NCBI RefSeq assembly: GCF_009914755.1 | Contig: NC_060935.1 | Source: the human T2T-CHM13v2.0 reference genome, Homo sapiens | DNA: 64,000 bases | Strand: one strand, 5' to 3' | Shown here: positions 60,249-64,000 of the stretch, piece by piece | Layout of the letters: each line of letters starts with the position of its first letter | Numbering within the stretch: position 1 is the stretch's first letter | Notes under the pieces: model-generated | The model's input: the letters and a program-made list of their open reading frames with translations, nothing else | Databases searched by the model: none | What the model was told of the DNA's origin: nothing | Made by a program: the position numbers and the translations under genes

Positions 60249-60555
60249 TTTTTTTTTTTTTTTTTTTTTTTTTGAGATAGGATCTTACCTTGTCATGCAG
60301 GCTGGAGTGCAGTAGTCCCATCTTGGCTTACCACAACCTCTGCCTCCCAAGCTCAAGCCATCCTCCCATCTCAGACTCCCAAGTAGCTGGGACTGCAGGC
60401 ATGTACCACCATGCCTGGCTAATTTTTGTATTTTTTATAGAGACGGGGTTTTGCTATACTTCCCAGGCTGGTCTCGAACTCCTAGACTCAAGTGATCCAC
60501 CTGCCTCAGCCTCCCCAGATGCTGGGATTACAGGTGTGGGCCACCGCACCCAGCC
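60249..60555 (-). mobile_element. AluJ
   Basis: gctcaagccatcctcccatctcag; ctcctagactcaagtgatcc. Confidence 0.92.
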
Positions 60556-61009
60556 AGATCCTAATTTTTGCTGTTGATCAACAAGTTACAAGCCAGTTCA
60601 AATCTAAATTTATTTAATGTGCCTTGATCTTGGCTGGCCCAAGAACCTTCCCCTCCTTCCTCTGGTGTAGTTGCTGAGGCCCAGTGTGTCATAAGAAGAG
60701 GCCTGTAGGAGGCATGCCTAGGAAAAGGCTGATGGCCCCAGCATACCCAGGCTGACTGATTCAGGCATTCTTTGAGCAAGCCCCAAATAAATGGGTAATT
60801 GACTGATTAAAGACACATCGATGGTTGTGTAAGAGAGGAAGAACAAAATAGGAAGAACAAATATATTCTAGAATCATAGAACTTTTAAAGCTGAGATCTT
60901 AAGGAACCTTTAATTACACTCTTACATTCTATAAATATGAAAATGAATACAAAGAATATGACATAACCCAGATCTCACAATTACATAGTATCAAAACTGA
61001 GGTTAACAA

Positions 61010-61290
61010 GAATAACAATAATAAAGTATTAAGCATATATAAGGTGCTTATTATGTTTCAGTAATGCTATAAGTACTTTAAGATATATGAATGCATTTAA
61101 TTTTTACAATGTTCTAAGGAAAACATTATTGTTCCCATTAAAAAGAAGGAAGGAATGAAAGAAAGAAAGGAGAGAAGAAAGGAAGAAAAGAAGATCCCAA
61201 CTGAGCAAGTCACTTGCCTAAGGTCACAAATCTAAGAGGTGCCACAAGCAGTTTTTAAACCCATGTCTTTCTAACCCCAGAGTCCATAAT
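61010..61290 (-). mobile_element. MIR with purine-rich insert
   Basis: aagtcacttgcctaaggtcaca. Confidence 0.65.
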
Positions 61291-61558
61291 GGTAACTCCA
61301 ACATTTGATTTTTTTTGCCTGAGTTTTTCTAGGCGACCAGACTGAAAATGCAATTATTTTCTGCCTGGAAACTTGTTAGTTTCTCTTTTACAGTCTGAAG
61401 AGAAATTTATCACCGTTCTGACTTAGATTCAATTCCCCAGTTATCAGAGGTTTCTGGGTCCCTTAATGTCTTGCAAACCCCCACTTAAAAATGGGACAGT
61501 GCTATTTTCCAGTTAACCTATTTCTCAAGAATTTAGCTGAATAAAGAATGCATGTGTA

Positions 61559-61849
61559 GGCCAGGAACAGTGGATCATGACTGTAATCCCAGTGCTTCGG
61601 GATGCCAAGCCAGGCAGATCACTTGAAGTCAGGAGTTTGAGACCAGCCTGGCCAACAGGGTGAAACCCTGTCTCTACTAAAGATACAAAAATTAGCCGGG
61701 CATGGGGGTGGGTGCCTGTAACCCAGCTACTTGGGAGGCTGAGGCAGGAGAATGGCTGGAACCCCTGGAGGTGGAGGTGGCAGTGAGCTGAGACTGTGCC
61801 ACTGTACTCCAGCCTGGGGAGACTGTGTCTCGAAAAAAAAAAAAAAAAA
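61559..61849 (+). mobile_element. AluSz-like
   Basis: Dimer with poly-A; no TSD found. Confidence 0.92.
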
Positions 61850-62770
61850 GGTTCTTAGGTTATTATACTTATTACTGAGATTAGTTTTTACTTTTTGCTT
61901 TCCTAGATTTTCTTCTCCTTTTAAGTTCCTTCTCTACAAGACAACTAGGTGGGTGCAGTTCAATCCAGCCCAGCTCTAAGTCATCACTACTAATATCATC
62001 CAGTGGCTTTGGCTTGTCACCTGCTTTGCCCCTGCTCTACGGAGACATAAGACCGCTGGACTTACTGAGACACGAACAGTGCTGAATAAACTATGTGAGT
62101 GCCTGAGGGCTTGGCTAGTTCATCCTGCAGACTGTGTCAGGATGTCTAAAGGAAGCAACTTTGGAGGAAGCTAAGATTGTGGTCCCTTTCCCTAGCATTT
62201 AATAAAATGCCTGGATGGTTACCTACCTAGCTTAACACCAGCCTAGCTCAGAAAACAAGGTAGCAGGATGGAAGATTCATGTTTTGGCTTGAAATCAATT
62301 TGACTCTGCTTGCCTGAACTCTTAATAATAAAAATAATATTACCCTCACTTTCAGATAACAAAACTAATAACAGTAAGTAACTCGCCCAAGGTCATTCAG
62401 CTGGTAATAGCAGGACCAAGAGTCAGACAACGGTAGCCTGGCTCCAAAGTGGATAAATCCTAACCACTGCAATACATTTGCTTCTGCACCCTATTAAGAT
62501 TTGATAAGTAAAGTCTGTTCTAGTCAACACAATTTGTCTTACTTATCCTTGAACACTCACCATTAGTATTTTTTATCCCCTTGGACTGGAGAGTTACCAT
62601 CTCTGATCCTCCTTTAAAATACAAAGTAGTAAAATATTTTGCAGAAAATAAATGAATATCCTATGAATATCCTAAAGACCTCAGATAGGCTGAGTTGGTC
62701 TTCCCTTTTTTTTCTAGTGCAGAAATGATGGAGCAGCCTGGAGAATGAAGCACAGAAAGTAGAGACCAGT

Positions 62771-62839
62771 AGATCCCACAAAAAAATTGAGTCATTAGCT
62801 CAAATCTCAAATGTGGTTTAGTCAATGTGCCCCATGCCA
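62771..62839 (+). repeat. Copy 1 of a dispersed ~68-bp direct repeat
   Basis: Matches 63456-63523 with 2 substitutions and one A indel. Confidence 0.95.
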
Positions 62840-63129
62840 AACAGAATTTTCTTCACTTTATAAGTTTTTTCTAGAATCAATCCTATTTGGATGAAGAAAT
62901 GGGGATTGCTTGAACTGTTAGTATGAAGATTCTTCAGATCTCCATCCTGCATGCTCGCCATATACGTACTTACACTTAGTATAAAAGGCTAAAATAAATT
63001 ACTCACTAAAACTACATCTACAGATCAACACTGAAACACAAATTGGCAATTATATCAACCACCAATGTCATGCTATATAAAGTATATCACACACATTCAA
63101 TCATTTAATTTCCATAGTGAGAGGAAAGG

Positions 63130-63390
63130 GAACTAACATTGATTAACCAACTACCTACTGTGTGCCAAGCAAATATGGTAAGCTTTTTACTTGTGTTTTA
63201 TTGTTTACTCCTTACAGAACCCCAGAAGGATTGACGGAACTTTCTCTTGTCTATAGAGAAGTAAACAGAGGCACAGAATGATTCTGTGAATTTCTCAAAA
63301 TGTCAGATGGCTAGAAGGAAGCAAAACTGAGATTCAAACCCAGGTGTTCTGACTCTAAGCCCTTTGCTTTTCACCATTAGGCCATAATGC
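63130..63390 (-). mobile_element. MIR
   Basis: cctactgtgtgccaagc...aaacagaggcacaga...gattcaaacccaggtgttctgactc. Confidence 0.8.
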
Positions 63391-63455
63391 CTCAAACCCC
63401 ACTGACTCACACCGAGCTTTTACAAATCTGCTTTATTTATGCAAATGATTTCTGA

Positions 63456-63523
63456 AGATCCCACAAAAAATGGAGTCAATAGCTCAAATCTCAAATGTGG
63501 TTTAGTCAATGTGCCCCATGCCA
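63456..63523 (+). repeat. Copy 2 of a dispersed ~68-bp direct repeat
   Basis: Matches 62771-62839. Confidence 0.95.
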
Positions 63524-64000
63524 TAATAACCATACCTACTTAATTCACTGATTCACTCTATGTGGTGCTATTCCTGGAAAGATCCATGTGGATACCATCT
63601 GTTCCTCGTTGCTAAGCTACTAAAGAGCTATAATCTTAGCAGTACAGTTGTATTATCCAGATTTAGGTGCCAGAATTCAGAGCAAGCTGCCAATAACCTG
63701 GTTCTTTAGGTTAAGGTAGGGCTTATTTCTTCTGTAGTACATGGATAATGGTTTTATACACAATGTGGGATCACTAAATTATTGCTATTTAGTTTCCATC
63801 CTTCTTCTCTCTTTTCCTCCCACCAGGCAAGGATCCTTACTACTCCAAGCACATACCTTGCTCATGCCTACCGCAATGTCTTTGTTTTCATTTCTTCCTT
63901 TTCCTACATCCTAAATCAGTTGCAGTCCTCAATCTTATCTCTCTAACCAAATTCTTTCCATCCTGCAAGGACAATCTAAAGTTCCAGATGCTTCATGATA

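Overview
AT-rich primate (catarrhine/hominoid, most likely human) non-coding DNA, intronic or intergenic. I find no credible protein-coding exon, CpG island or RNA gene; the listed ORFs I can trace come from Alu, L1, LTR or low-complexity sequence, and none of the rest resembles a protein I recognise. The window holds 28 dimeric Alus plus 2 monomers, MIR and L2 relics, hAT/Tigger MITEs, MaLR and ERV1 solo LTRs, and a roughly 12 kb near-full-length ancient L1ME (about 1305-13555) that hosts many younger insertions. Repeat subfamily names are from recalled consensus motifs, not from a search. The most notable signals are structural scars: (1) a twin-primed, 5'-inverted L1PA; (2) an apparent L1 3'-transduction of an ERV1 LTR fragment polyadenylated at the LTR's own AATAAA and bounded by a TSD with reciprocal CpG decay; (3) four locally templated insertions or duplications (2918-3034, 8601-8679, 10659-10760, 62771/63456). 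Three of these lie within 8 kb and involve a snap-back hairpin, resembling Pol theta/MMBIR repair products. I did not find a new gene system; these repair and transposition fossils are the best candidates for undescribed biology here.
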